From Chiloscyllium plagiosum (Eukaryota): a stretch of 64,000 bases of DNA. This document shows positions 26,376-40,129 of this stretch, in pieces. Both the position numbers and the translations under genes were made by a program. Numbering within the stretch: position 1 is the stretch's first letter; each line of letters starts with the position of its first letter. The notes below the pieces were generated by a model. The model worked only from the letters and a program-made list of their open reading frames with translations. It ran no database searches and had not been told where the DNA came from. The stretch is from assembly GCF_004010195.1 (NCBI RefSeq), contig NC_057751.1:15731677-15795676 (forward strand), read 5' to 3'.

Positions 26376-26546
26376 ATGCAGTAGGTCCTGGGCAGGCCAC
26401 AACGCGCTCCAAACCGTGACAGGTACCGGTTTTCCAAGTCGATCACCGTCTCTCCGATTTTGTCATCCTGGGAGACTAGATCGTAGTCGTACACAGACAC
26501 CTTGAGATCTTTATTCAGCGGGACAGTGGCGTACAGCTGAAACATT
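26376..26546 (-). CDS. FER1L5: Ferlin exon: [56 protein letters not shown]
   Basis: ttctgcag acceptor, gtaag donor, 171 nt, phase 2->2. Confidence 0.95.
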
Positions 26547-27229
26547 CTGCAGAAAGAACCCATGACATCAGAAGGGGTTTCGCTCTCTCAAGCGGCGTCC
26601 TCCCTGTCTCGCTCCCGACACTCCCTGGAGCCCAACACCAACAGCCTCTCTCCTGGCATCCACCCCACACAACCAGCTGGTGTCTAGTGGTTATTCCACA
26701 ACGCAAGGCATCACACTCGAGTATGACTCTCCTGGTAACACTCAAATGGATGCACAGGTTCACAAATGCAGACAAGCACTCGCGATCTCGCAGACATGCG
26801 TGTAACACTGTTAATAGGAGAGTAGCCCATGTTTGATTTTGTACAGGATTGAGGTGCTACTCCCAGAGTTTGCACCACTACCTTTACACGAGAGCTGTTC
26901 ATTCAAAGATCTAACCAAGCTCCCACCCAGAGAAAAGACACTCCGGCTTTAGGGAGAATATAGCAAAGGGAAGGTCATGGAGTTTTCACATCGGGGAAGA
27001 TGCCCTTTGGGCCATCGGGTCCTGCTGGATGAACTAGATTAGACTCACTTATGTTACCGAGTTCACACCAGCTCTCTGTACAACAATCTAGCTCTGTCCC
27101 ACTCCCCTGTTCTCTGCCCCAGCCCTGCCTTGAGACTGGGGAGCTCAGCACTGGAATCTTTCTTAAAAGAGAAACAAGTTGCCAAAGCTTTTCATCCTGC
27201 ACTCACCAGGGCAAAACACAGGAGCAGCC

Positions 27230-28490
27230 AATTTCAATTACAACAATTTGTATGACAGCAGAAAAAAGTGCTGATTACTTGGATAGTCAATGGCTAGTTG
27301 GCTGAAGTGTTGCCATGGCATCAGTTAGAATTCTTTGTGGAGGTAATGAGCAAGTTAGACAAAGCAGTGCTGGTGGATGTGATCTATTGGATTTTCCAGA
27401 ATGCCTCTGACAAGGTGCTGCACAGGATGCTGCTCAATAGGATAAGAGTCCAAGGTGTTAAGGCATGGATACAGGACTGGCTGACTGGCAGAAGGCAGAG
27501 GGTAGGTTTAATAGGGTCCTTCTCAGGATGGCAGCTGCCGACTAGTACAGTTCTGCAGGGGTCCATGTTAGGACACAATCTGGATGAGGGAACTAAGGGC
27601 TCAGTTTGCAGATGCCACAAAAATTGGTGGAGGGACAGGTAGTGTTGAGGAAGTGGGAGGCTGCAGAAGGACCTGCACAGCCTAGAAGAGTGAGTGAAGA
27701 AGTGACAGATGGAATACAATGTGGGAAAGTGTGAGATAATGGACTTTGGTCGGAAGAACAGAGGCAAAGACTGTTTTCTAAATGGGGAAAGGCTTGGGAA
27801 ATCTAAAACTCAAATGGACTGAACAGTCCTAGTTCAGGATTCTCTGAAGGTTAACATCCAGGTTCATTTAGTGGTTAGGAAAACAAATGCAGCATTAGCA
27901 TTCATTTTGAGAGGGCTAGAATACAAGAGCAGGGATGTACTGCTGAGACAATATCAGGCTTGGGACAGACCGCATTTGGAATAATGTGAGCAGCTTTGTG
28001 CCTGCATCAAAGGAAGGATGTACTGGCCTTAGACGGGGTCCAGGCAAGGTTTACATCCAAGGGATGAAAGGCTTGGCAGATGAGAAGCGGGTGAAGACTC
28101 TGGGTTTATACTTGGTGGAGCTTAGAAGGATGAGGGAGGGGGATCACATTGAAACCTAGAGAGTACTGACAGGCTTAGATAGTGTGGACATGGGAGATGT
28201 TTCCACTAGTTCAGTACAGCCTCAAAGTGACCCTTTAGAACTGGGATAAGATGACATTTCTTCAGCCAGTGGTGAAACTATGGACTCATTGCTGCAAAGG
28301 GCTGCGCAGGCCAAGTCATTCTGTCCAGTTAAGACAGAGACAGATTGGTTCTTGATTGGTGAGGGGACCCAGGGTTACAGGCAGAAGTCAGGAGAATGGG
28401 CTGGAGAAACATATCAACTGTGATCAAATGTTGGAGCTGACGCAATGGACCGAATGGCCTAATTCTGCTTCTCCATCTTACCGTTTTATG
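27230..28490 (+). mobile_element. Older CR1-type LINE fragment
   Basis: WIQDWLTGRRQRV..LQGSMLG RT remnants, degenerate. Confidence 0.8.
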
Positions 28491-28749
28491 GAGCTTAATG
28501 GTTCCCCAAGTATCTGACTAATTGAGAAAAGGTCCAAGGCTTGACATTTTCCTTTTGTTTACAGGGAAGGGGCATGAACATGTGTCAATTCTAGCCAATG
28601 TAAATGAGCCACATTAGGAGCTCAAGTGAGTTTCCGACATTGGTTGCTCGGGGCAACTGTTCATGCATTCAGAATTGCTCAGCAAGTGCTGTCCAAACAC
28701 AACATCATTTCTCAAAGTAGATGTTTTGCGTTTTACAAATACAGACAAG

Positions 28750-29095
28750 TGTAGAATCCCTTTCGCGTGGAAGCAGGCCATCCAGCCCATCGAGTCCACA
28801 CCGACCCTCTGAAGAGCATCTCACCCAAACCTATTCCTCTACCCTATGCCTGTAACCCCACATTTCCCGTGGCTAATCCACCTAGCCTGCACATCCCTGG
28901 GCACTATGGGACAATTTAGCACGGTCAATCCACCCTAACCTGTACATCTTTGGACTGTGGGAGCAAATCCGCAGCATCTGGAGGAAACCCACGGGGAGAA
29001 TGTGCAAACTCCACACAGAGAGTCACCCAAGGTGGAAATCGAACCTGGGTCCTGTGAGGCAGCAGTTCTAACCACTGAGCCACCGTGCCACCCAT
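28750..29095 (-). mobile_element. HE1-like SINE
   Basis: Same family. Confidence 0.85.
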
Positions 29096-29591
29096 ATGGT
29101 CTGTACTCTAGCTTAAACAACTGAAGAAACGTGTTGTATGATTCAATCAGCCAGTTGTGGGAACATACTGCCGACCTATGAAATGGAGCATTTTTGCATT
29201 TGACTGAATGAGTGCAAGAGGAAACACTTCAGCAATGCGACCTCTTAGCTATTATGAGGATAGGAAGGCAGAGTGAGCGAGAGTCTTCAAATGTGGCACA
29301 TCAGCAAGGCAAATCAGCCTCGGATGATTGTAAAACCAGCCGTTTGCCCGACTGATAACTTGGTTTTCGCTTGTCACTCCAACAGTCGCACTCTGGTCAC
29401 CCGAATGTCACACGGCCATGGCAGACCCCAATAGATCTATGACAGAGCGAACAATCTTCTGTTCATTGAACTTTAATAATATTGTTGGGCTATAGGTGAA
29501 GACTGCTAAGAGTGCACGAGGACCTGTTACAAGATTGGGAAAGGAATTAGCCAATAATAGAAAGAATGGTTCCAAAGTAAAACAGAACTTA

Positions 29592-29684
<93 letters not shown>

Positions 29685-30369
29685 CTAGCAAAAGAGGAAC
29701 AAGAGGTCAGTGAGCGTGCAAACACGTTTGATGAGCTACTCTTTGCTGAGAGCCCTCTCCCCCTCTGGAGCTTCCTCAGTCTGCAAATATGAAACAAGTA
29801 TTCCATTCGATTCAACTCTTGTGGCCTTGTGCCCTGAGGGGTGCTTCATGGAAAAACAAAATCTGACGCTGAACTGAAACAAGCTGAGTCAAGTGTCTTA
29901 AAGGAAGAGAAAGTGGGGAAGAGGTTTACGGAGGGAAATCAAGAGCTTGACACGCCTTGGCAGCTAAAGGTGCAGTCCCCAACTGGTGATATGATACAAG
30001 AAACAGGATCGGGGTCAAGAAACTATCTTAGGGTTACCCAACATGGAACAGGTGCAAAGGGCCACTCTTTTACTCAAAGTCCAATGAGTGGATCAGAGTA
30101 GGAGACAAGTTCACCTGGATCCGAGACCTACCTGACTCAGGAGTGATCCATGGCCGCACTTGATCGGTAATGAATGCAAAATTGCAACCGCTCCCCCTCT
30201 GGAACACTCTTTGTCCCAGTGAGATCAAAGTTCGCCGAGCCAAGGTGGTGCCAAGATCCAGGGGCTCACTGTAACCTGACCCATCCTTGGAAAACTGAGA
30301 GGGATTGGAGGAAATCCTGGACTTGATATTGGACTCCATGGATCAGGTAAACAGGAAGGAGAAAGGAAT

Positions 30370-32105
30370 AGAAACAGAAATTGCTGGAGAAGTTCAGCAA
30401 GCGTGGCAGCACCCTGTCGAGAGAAAGCAGAGTTTACATTTCAAGTCCTTTCTCCAGAACTGATGGTAGCTAGGAAAATGCAGCAGATAGGGGGTAGGGG
30501 GCTTCCCTGCATGGATAGCATTGTCAGAACAGATGTGAAGGGTCGAAGAAATTGGGAAAAGGGCAAGGAGTCCTTAAAGGATGCAGGGTGTGGAGTTGTA
30601 CAGTCCGAGTAACTGTGGGAGATGGAGGGTTTGTAATGGTTATCAATGTGCAGCCCATCGCCAGAAATGGAAACAGAGATGTCAAGGAATGAGGAGTCAG
30701 AGGTGGATCAGGTGAAGGGGACAGTAGGGTGCAGTTTGGAAGTGAAAGTGATAGATTATCCCAGTTGTGAACAAGAGAGGGATACTGTTGATGTACTGCA
30801 GAGAGAGTTGTGGGATTGGGACAAGGAATGTTTCACATACCCCACAAAGAGACAGACATAACGGGGTTCCACGCTGGTACCCAGGGCCACACTTTTGGAC
30901 TGAAGTAAATGAGAGGAGTTACAGGAGAAGCTGTTCAAAATGAAGACAGGCTTTGTCAGGTGGGGGGAGGGTGGTGGTGAATGGGGACAGTTCAGGCCTT
31001 CTTTCCAGTAAGAAGCAGAGAGCCCTGAGACTACCCTGATGGGGTTGGACATAGAGCTGTACAGCACGGAAACAGACCCTTTGGTCCAACTCGTCCATGC
31101 CGACCAGATATCCGAAACTAATCTAATCCCATTTGCCAGCACTTGGCCCATATCCCTCTAAACCCTTCCTATTCATATACCCATTCATATATATGTCATT
31201 GTACCAGCCTCCACCACTTCCTCTGGCAGCTCATTCCATACACGCACCACACTCTGTGTGAAAAAGTTGTCCCTTAGCTCCCTTTTATATCTTTCCCCTC
31301 TCACCTTAAATCTTTGCTCGCTTGTTTCCCCCACCCCAGAGAAAATACCTCATCTATTTACCCTATCCGTGCCCCTCCAGATTTTATAAACCTCTCTAAG
31401 GTCATCCCTCATCCTCCGACGTTCCAGGGAACACAGCCCCTGCCTGTTCAGCCTCTCCCTGTAGCTCAAACCCTCCAACATCCTTGTAAATCTTTTCTGA
31501 ACCCTTTCAAGTTTCACAACATCCTTCCTATAGCAGGGAGGCCAGAGTTGCACGCAGTACTCCATGTCGAGGAAGAAAGGAATATTGGGTTAGATGAGAA
31601 AGAGCAGAGGAGGCTTGAGTGGAGCAAGATTGGTTTCTGATCATCTGTCATTTCATCTCTCATCTTGCTTCCCCACTGTCTTTCAGCTCCTGCAACGTTC
31701 CAATGCAGCTCAACTCAAGGTTAAAAAAAAAGCACTTTATTTTTCGATTAAGCACTGAGTTTATTAATTGGCATGGGGCCAATTTTCTTTCCTTTCCTTT
31801 AAGTTTTTGGGTCTCATTCTTGTCTTTGCATTTGGGGTTTTGTCATTCTCACACCTCCTCCAGACACATCTTTTGTCTCATAGACTGTCCCATTCCCACT
31901 CCTTTTACCCTTCCATGGGGCATTCTTTTGCCAATTACTATCTCCTGAATTCCACACGATCATAAACCTCCCTCCTGTCCCCAAGTATTACTATTTGCTC
32001 AAAATATTTCTCAGTTCCAAGGAAAAGTCATCGAGCTGAACTATTAATTGGGCACCTCTCTCCCCATGGATACTGCCAGATCCACTGAGCATTGCCAGCA
32101 TTTTA
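30370..32105. mobile_element. Degenerate Penelope-like element with inverted termini, interrupted by a CR1 fragment (about 31050-31565, minus)
   Basis: Minus-strand RYVCLFVGYVKHSL RT remnant; inverted terminal similarity; internal YRKDVVKLERVQKRFTRM CR1 motif. Confidence 0.6.
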
Positions 32106-32459
32106 TATGTCTGGTATCGGTGGGATAAATGGTTTGGCTCTGGGCTGCAAATTCAGCAGAGGAGGCCACTCAGCCCAATGAAAGTGCTGGTCAGTCAGTT
32201 CCCACTGTCCAGCGTTTTCAACAGAACCCTCGGTCCTTCAAATAGCTGTTCAATTCCCCCTTGGAAAGTTGCAATCGAACCTGTCTCCAGCACCCTTAAA
32301 AGCAGTGGATTCCAGATCACAGCAGCTCAGTGCGGACAAGGTAACCCGCATAAAATGCCGGCCAGCGTTCTCCCGCTTTTCGGAAGGTCAGCCACACCCA
32401 TTGTGAATTCGTGAATTGGTCATATGTTATCTCTGTGTGCGGAGACGGCCAATACGTAC

Positions 32460-32615
32460 TGTCCCGGAGCGATCCTTCGGCTGGAGGCTGAGCGCGCGGA
32501 CAATGTAAACTCTGACTAAACAGATCTGCGGCTCGCTCGAGGGCAGCTGGCGGAACTGTGGAGGGGGCACAGGCTTTGCTGGATCTTCTGGCAGAGGGTA
32601 GATCCGAAACGAACC
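32460..32615 (-). CDS. FER1L5: Ferlin exon: [12 protein letters not shown]...[21 protein letters not shown]
   Basis: cttcag acceptor, gtacg donor, 156 nt. Confidence 0.94.
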
Positions 32616-34330
32616 CTGAAGGAGCAACACAACCGAACTGTGAATGAGGGCAGAATAAAATTGCGACAGAGAAATGCGTTAAGAATTCCCAAAGGCTGTC
32701 TGGGATTAAACAAAACACGACCATTCGGTCAATCGAGTGACTCTACCCCTAACGCAGAATCGAACAATCTGAAACCACCCTGCGAATTCAAAATTCACGA
32801 GTAATCTTTGGGTCTCAGTCTTTCGTCAGTTGAAGCTGTGTCCCTTGGCTTTTGACCCTTCAACACAGCAAACAGTCCCTCCTATTTCCTCCACTGTAAG
32901 CCCACTCCCTCAGTCAAATCGTCCCCTCTGCTGCAGGAGAACCATCCCAACATCCCTGGTCCACATCCGTGACTGTAGTCTCTCCAGTGTCATCACAGCG
33001 TCCACATCTTCCATTAAGGTGTGGGGCCCAGAACTGGATTGATTCAGCCTTGAGGCTGAACAGGTACTTGGCACAGTCAGCTTATAAAGGAAAATACTCC
33101 TGACAGACCTAATTTCACCCATTTGCATTTCCCCCACACAGAGTTTCTGACAGCAAGTTCAAGTGATCTCCTTGAGGTATATACGGGATGCCCTGATGGT
33201 CTGGGATGAGGTTAACAGTCATTATCAGCAGCAGAATAGGAAATCCAATAGAAGGATGCCTGGGATCAGTGTGGGACACTAACACCGAATTAGCTCCCTT
33301 GGGCACACCCATTGTTTGGCCACACCAACCAATCAGAGCTGAGTTAAACCAAACTCGAGCGGGAAATGAAAGGAAACTCTGGGGCGGTGGCTACAAAGGG
33401 TAGGCGATGGTCTTGTGGAAATATCACTAGACTATTAATCCAGAGACCCAAGTAATGCTTTGGGGACCTGGGTTCAAATCTTGCTGTGACAGATCATGGA
33501 ATCTGAATTAAATAATAACGAGTCTGATGATGACCATGAATCAATGGTCAGAAAAAAACCCATCTGGTTCACTAATGTCCCTTAGGGAAGGAAATCTGCC
33601 ATCCTTACCTGATCTGGCCGAGGCGTGACTCAGCAACGCGGCTGACTGTTAACTGTTAATGAGGGATGGGGAGCAAACGTCAGCCGAGACAATGAATGAG
33701 GTAAAATAATGACCTCACCCACATCCTGAACTGGCACCAAGACACCATTCAAACACAAGTGGAACGTGGCCGGTTTATCATGTTTGGCCAGATCGCTCTG
33801 TGTTGTTTAAAGGGTGTTGGAAAGAGGAGAAAGAAACGTTGTCACCGCTGTGGTTCATGCCCACATGACGGCACCGAAAAGCTGCTGCTTACGCTGACAG
33901 CAAGGTCCAAGATGCCACATTGTTTTCAGAGTGTGGAGCACCACCCACTGTGTACGAGGCTGATCAGAATGCCTGGATGACTTCCAGAGATTTGGAGGCC
34001 AGGAGCAGGAGGATGCACCAAATTATTCAAGGGAAGGCTGTCACCCCAATGACCCTCTGAGAGTTTGCTGAATACCCAACCTCTGTTGTTCCCGTCTCTC
34101 GGGCTGCAGCCATAGAAATGTTCCACAATTTTGCACTGCAGCGCGGAAATCATGGGAAAAACGTTGGACAGCACTGACAAGAGTACTCAGCAGGGACAAG
34201 CTTTTCCAGCGCTGACTCCATCGCTAACTCCAGCCAGTCAGGACAGGCTGTTACAAAGACTGAACAAATTGAGAAGTAGAGGCTTTTTAAAAAAATAGAC
34301 TGACTGCCTCACTCCATTTTTACTGGGGGT

Positions 34331-34654
34331 CTTTCACATACAGCATGTCTGGAGGCAAACTGGGTTACAGAGGGCTACCTCAACACTCTATTTAATGTGA
34401 AATTGTCAGCAGGTCCCCCTGTGATGATGTACTGCAATTTGACGTTGTTGAAAGAACCCAGTCAACCGACTCAAAGGCCTGTTAACAGAGGACTTTCACA
34501 TACAGCATGTCTGGAGGCAAACTGGGTTACAGAGGGCTACCTCAACACTCTATTTAATGTGAAATTGTCAGCAGGTCCCCCCTGTGATGATGTACTGCAA
34601 TTTGACGTTGTTGAAAAAACCCAGTCAACCGACTCAAAGGCCTGTTAACAGAGG
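34331..34654 (+). repeat. 162-bp direct tandem duplication
   Basis: ctttcacatacagcatg... at 34331 and 34493, near-identical. Confidence 0.9.
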
Positions 34655-35067
34655 AGTGGCTTTTGCAGTCTGCTGAAGCACTTTTGAAAGCTTTAACGAA
34701 GGAACCATGGCAGCTAATTCGTGCCCAGGAAAGGTCTCCGAGCTGCAGTGAGTTAATGACGTGACAATCTGTCTCTGTGGTGCCAATCGAGGGATGCATG
34801 TATTGGGTGGGAGCTCTCCTTCAAAATAACAGTACCCCCAGCTTGGATTCTGGATTGGATATCGCCGCAGAGTGAGATAGCTACCTACTGAGGCATGGCT
34901 GAGCCCAGGAGGTCAGCGGGGCTCCCCGATAGTAGAAATATAGCAGAACCGAGTACTGGTTATGAGCCAATCTCAAGCAACAATCTTTTTTCATTATTCA
35001 TTCACAGGATGAGCGTGCTGCTGGCTATTTATTGCCCATCCTGGGGGCCAGCCACACTTCATCACGG

Positions 35068-35348
35068 AATCCCCACAGTGTGGCATGAGACCTTTCAGCC
35101 CATCAAGTCCACACCGACCCTCTGATAGTGTCCGACCCAGACCCAACCGTATCCCCATGAGCGGGTACTTCCACCCTAATCTGCACATCTTTGGACCGTG
35201 GGAGGAAACCAGAGCACCTGGAGGAAACCCACGCAGACACGGGAGCAATGAGCAAACTCCACTCAGATAGTTGCCTTAGGATGGAATCGAACCGGGTCCC
35301 TGGTGCTGTGAGGCAGTGGTATTAACCACTGAGCCATTGTGCCACCCT
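35068..35348 (-). mobile_element. HE1-like SINE
   Basis: Same family. Confidence 0.85.
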
Positions 35349-35533
35349 CAGAATGTTAACCTGAGGTCCTGGATTGCTAGTCTCGTTACAATTACACAAC
35401 CACGCTCCCCCAGAGCACAGGCAGTTAAAAGCAAGACAACCAGTTGAAATCAGGTGAAGTCAGACAGAATGGATGACCCAAGAAAATCTCTTGAACTGTC
35501 AACTGTGTGCCAAATAACTCCTTTGTTCATTAC

Positions 35534-35662
35534 CTTAAATTCGCCTACAACCATCGGATCCTCGATATCCCCGTACACTTTCCCCCGGTACAGTTTGAAG
35601 GTGTGGCAGAAATCCTGCAGCCCCTTAAACTGAGGTATATCTTCCAGGGGACATGGGTAAAT
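35534..35662 (-). CDS. FER1L5: Ferlin exon: IYPCPLEDIPQFKGLQDFCHTFKLYRGKVYGDIEDPMVVGEFK
   Basis: ttgtacag acceptor, gtaatg donor, 129 nt; TFKLYRGK and VVGEFK motifs. Confidence 0.94.
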
Positions 35663-37650
35663 CTGTACAAGTACGGGAGACGGTGTGGGGGGGTGGGGGA
35701 GTCAGCAAGGAGAAAGAGGCAGAGAAAGAACGAGGCGGAGTGAGATGGGGTGGAAGAGTTAGAGAGGTGGACAAAGCAGTCAGAGAGAGAGAAGCAAATC
35801 GAAAGGTGGAGAGAAAGACAGATAGGTGGGGCAGAGAGAGAGAGCGGGGGTCAGGGAGAGAAAAAAAAATCACTGTGAGCAACTCTAACAACTTCGGATA
35901 GCCCTTACCATGGGTGAGGGGCAACTATATACACACAGTTGCTGGGAAATCGCAAGAAAAGTGTCACTGCAGCACCAAAGCGGAAATGCTACATAATTCA
36001 ATGAGCTGTCCGACCAGAATGTTTACAGCACAGGAGGCAGCCATTTGGTCCATCATGTGTGTACTGGCTCTCGGTTAGACCTCAATTCTAATCTCAAACC
36101 TCCATCTTTGCCCTACAGGTTGGTGGTTTTACAATTCCTCAGAGAGTTCTTTCATTCGCTCGTGAATTAAAACTGCTTCCAGTACGCTCTGGCAAGTGCG
36201 TTCCAGGCTGCAGTACCAAATTCTGAGCTCTGGGAGCTCTCAGGAAATGGGTTGGCATATAATTTCTACATCCACCACTTCAATGCTTCCCGGTGCATTA
36301 ATCATTTGAATCCCCAAAATAAGTGACGAGTGAAATGAAAATTTCGCCCAGATAAAGAGACACAACAGTTGCAGCTTCTTATACTCATGATCACCAGTCG
36401 CCTTTCATGAATAAAAACAAGCTAGCCTCTAGTTTACCTCAAAATCAAGGTCAAACTCTTTAAAAAAAAAATCTAAGCCGAGTCAAATTTACATTTTATA
36501 GCAATCTTATTTGAGAATCATTATTCTAAAGTAATATCAAAGTGCAAATATCTATTAATCTCAGTTATGAATATGCATGTTATGTCAATGCTTGGTAAAT
36601 GTGTCGATTTTTAAAGAAATGTGAAGCATGGAACTAGCTTCTGATATTAAACTTTCCACGGTCTTGGGTTTCACAATGGATGTAAATGATGTAAAGTTCC
36701 ACAGCCACACTGAGACAACAAATAAGGTCAAACGATATATTCATTAAAGATTTATAACCTATCGCAGCAGCATCTGCCTCTGAATAACAGTGACTCCTGC
36801 TAGTAGTTTTAGATCTGGAGCGGGGAAATCAGTGTAAAATCTGAATTCATTTGGGAACGGGTTCACGGATGGTGATTTTCTGTCATTGAAGTTAGAATGA
36901 CTGTGAATGCGTGTGAAGAAAGAGAGAGAGATTGAGAGGATGAAAGGGAGAGAGGAGAGAGAAAGTGTATGAGAGCATATGACAGTAAGTAACAATGATT
37001 GTGTGTGCATGAGGAGTGATTGCGTGAGCATGAGAATGGGACTGCATGTGAGAGTGACTGCGCGTGTGAGTGATTGTGTGAATCATTGAGTGTGATTTGG
37101 TTGTAAGAGTGATTGTGTATGCATGATTGTGTGTATCAAAGTCACAATGTACGAATGACTGTGGATATGAAAGTGATGGTACGTGTGTGCTTGTGTGCAT
37201 TAATTAACACAGACTGTGCACATTTTTGAATGATTGAGTTCGAGCGTGTGTGTGTGTGAGAGAGAGAGAGATTGTGTGTGAGAATACCCCATACACACTC
37301 TCTCTTACAGCCTTTCCTCGCTCCAGCTGCCCTTTTCACCCCTCCCTGTCCCCCATTCTATTCACAGTGATTTTCCTATCACTGCACATCAGCTGAAACA
37401 ATCTTGTTAGATCTTATTGTCATTTATGACAGAAGGAGGGAAATGTCGGTGACAAGAACGCAGGGGGATTTGAAATCAAGGATGCAGCCTTGAAAACTGA
37501 GGTGACACTGCACTGGGAATCAAGGAACGTGTGCAAGCCACAGGGCAAGGAGGCTGGCTGGTGAAGGGGCACAGACCGCAGCAACATCACAAGACGATTG
37601 CAAATCATCATGGGCATGGAGTTACCCAGAGGGTGGAAAAGCCCTATTAC

Positions 37651-37749
37651 CTTGATTGTGTCATACCCCTGCAACAGATAGTCTGTGTAATCGTCATGCT
37701 CCCCTGACGAGGCATAGAACTTACACCACCAGTCAATGGTGTCATCTTC
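37651..37749 (-). CDS. FER1L5: Ferlin exon: EDDTIDWWCKFYASSGEHDDYTDYLLQGYDTIK
   Basis: ctctttcaag acceptor, gtaat donor, 99 nt; DWWxKFYAS motif. Confidence 0.93.
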
Positions 37750-38264
37750 CTTGAAAGAGAAAGCAAACAGAAAAACGTTATCGTTACTGGATTCGTGGCA
37801 AACGCGCCCCAAAGCTGGGTGTCAGGAGCCAATGCTGTTAGCTTCCATCCTCTGGGAATCCTGGAGGAAGCCATTCAGACCACTGTGTCGATGGAAAGCA
37901 TCATCCAACTTCATACCACCCCTCTCACAGCCCTGCAATTTTTTCCATTCCCCTTTATTTCCCCTTTGTTTCCACCATCCTTTCAGGCAGCTCACTGCAT
38001 TAAAAGCATACCAACTAGGATCAGGAGGAAAGGCTAGTCAGTCTATTCCACCATTCAGTAAGACCGAATGTGTGTTTCAAATTCCACATTCTCCTCCAAC
38101 CCCACCGATAAGCTTATTTAGAATGTCTCGCAATGGCAGATGAAATGAACAAATATTTTGCTTCTGGTGATACAGGTACAATCATTAGAGATGACCTTCG
38201 TTCAAGAGATCAGGATGTAGAATTGGTTTGAGTGGAGATGAGGGATTTGGGCGGTAAGATGTCA

Positions 38265-39275
38265 CAAGTGCCACAAGGATCAGTGCTGGGCCCTTTACTT
38301 TTTGTCATTTACATAAATGATTTGGATGTGAGCATAAGAGGTACAGTTAGTAAGTTTGCAGATGACACCAAAATTGGAGGTGTAGTGAACAGCAAAGAAG
38401 GTTATCTCAGATTACAACAGGATCTGGACCAGATGGGTCAATGGGCTGAGCAGTGGCAGATGGAGTTTAATTCAGATAAATGCGAGGTGCTGCACTTTGG
38501 GAAAGCAAATCTTAGCAGGACTTATTCACTTAACGGTAAGGTCCTGGGGAGTGTTGCTGAACAAAGAGACCTTGGAGTGCAGGTACATAGCTCCTTCATA
38601 GTTGAGTTGCAGGGAGATAGGATAGTGAAGAAGGTGTTTGGTATGCTTTCCTTTATTGGTCAGAGTATTGAGTACAGGAGTTGGGAGGTCATGTTGCAGC
38701 TATACAGGGCATTGGTTAGGCCACTGTTGGAATATTGCGTGCAATTCTGGTGTCCTTCCTATCGGAAAGATGTTTTGAAACTTGAAAGGGTTCAGAAAAG
38801 ACTGACAAGGATGTGCCAGATTTGGAGAATTTGAGCTACAGGGAGAGGCTGAACAGGCTGGCGCAGTTTTCCCTGGAGTGTCGGAGGCTGAGGGGTGACC
38901 TTATAGAGGTTTACAAAATTATGAGGGGCATGGATAGGATAAATAGGCAAAGTCTTTTCCGTGGAGTCGGGGAGTCCAGAACTAGAGGGCATAGGTTTAG
39001 GGTGAGAGGGGAAAGATATAAAAGAGACCTAAGAGGCAACTTTTTCACACAGATCATGGTACGGGTATGGAATGAGTTACCAGAGGAAGTGGTGGAGGCT
39101 GATAAATTGCAACATTTAAGAGGCATTTGGATGGGTATGAATCGGAAGGGTTTGGAGGGATATGGGCTGGGTGCTGGCAGGTGGAACTAGATTGGGTTGG
39201 GAATATCTGGTCGGCATGGACGGGTTGGACCGAAGGGTCTGTTTCCGTGCTGTACATCTCTATGACTCTATGGCT
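38265..39275 (+). mobile_element. CR1-type LINE 3' fragment (RT), relatively young
   Basis: VPQGSVLGPLLFVIYINDLD..KFADDTK, LEYCVQFW; (atgactct)n-like tail. Confidence 0.93.
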
Positions 39276-40016
39276 CTAAGTGGGAGCAGCCGATAGGCCC
39301 CACAACAGTAACCACAATGTGGGACAAAGTACATATGGTGCAATACTGGACACTTGTGATAAAGGGACACCCCAATCAAATGTCCCAACATCAGCTGCTC
39401 AAAGGAGAACAGTCCTGGCTTCTGCCGCATTTCCGTCTAAGTTGGTTTTCTGAGGGGAAACAGCGCTGTGGTAAACAAAGGCACTTGAGACAGCATTTTC
39501 CAAACCTACAACCTCTGTCTTCTTGATGGACAAAGGAGGCAGATGCACGCGAACACCACTCCATGTAAGTTCCCCTCTCAGTCACACACCTTCCTGACTT
39601 GGAAAAATATCAACGTTCCTTCAGTGTCACCGGGTCAAACTCCTCGAGCTCCCTCCCTAAGGGCGCTGTGTGGGGGTCCCTACACCACACGGAGTGCAGC
39701 GGTTCAAGAAGGCAGCTAACCCCCCAACCTTCTCACAGGAGCAACTAGGGATGTGCAGTAACGGTTCTAAAGTCTGGTTTCTCCCCTTAGCTATTCTGCT
39801 CAGTAAAGAGACCAAACTAGTTTGCTGACAGGATTCTCAAAATGACTGAGAATTATTTCTGCATCCAAGTGCTTCCCAACTCCTGGGAACGCAGCAGGAT
39901 CTGCAGAGGAAGCCTGGAGTCTGCAGAGATTCCAGGAACAACAGGACAGAAAAATGTTTCTGCGGGCTGAGAGCTGAGATACAACCGTGACAACAGAATG
40001 CCCCGTCGCAACTCAC

Positions 40017-40073
40017 GAGCAGCCCTTCCGTGGCTTCCTGTTCTGATTTCTGAGCATCCTCTGCAGCTGTACT
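40017..40073 (-). CDS. FER1L5: Ferlin linker exon (symmetric, possibly alternative): STAAEDAQKSEQEATEGLL
   Basis: gtctttcag acceptor, gtgagt donor, 57 nt, phase 0->0, open frame. Confidence 0.65.
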
Positions 40074-40129
40074 CTGAAAGACAACAAATTTCACCTCATC
40101 AGATTTAAAATTATTCGGCCCATCGAACA

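Noticed and set aside
36759..36779. Possible 21-nt poison micro-exon (AGGCAGATGCTGCTGCGATAG, minus strand)
   Set aside because: Weak donor (gttata), no supporting evidence, and the flanking exons join cleanly without it
38232..39190. 200-aa and 125-aa ORFs as genes
   Set aside because: 5'-truncated, frameshifted CR1 reverse transcriptase fragment
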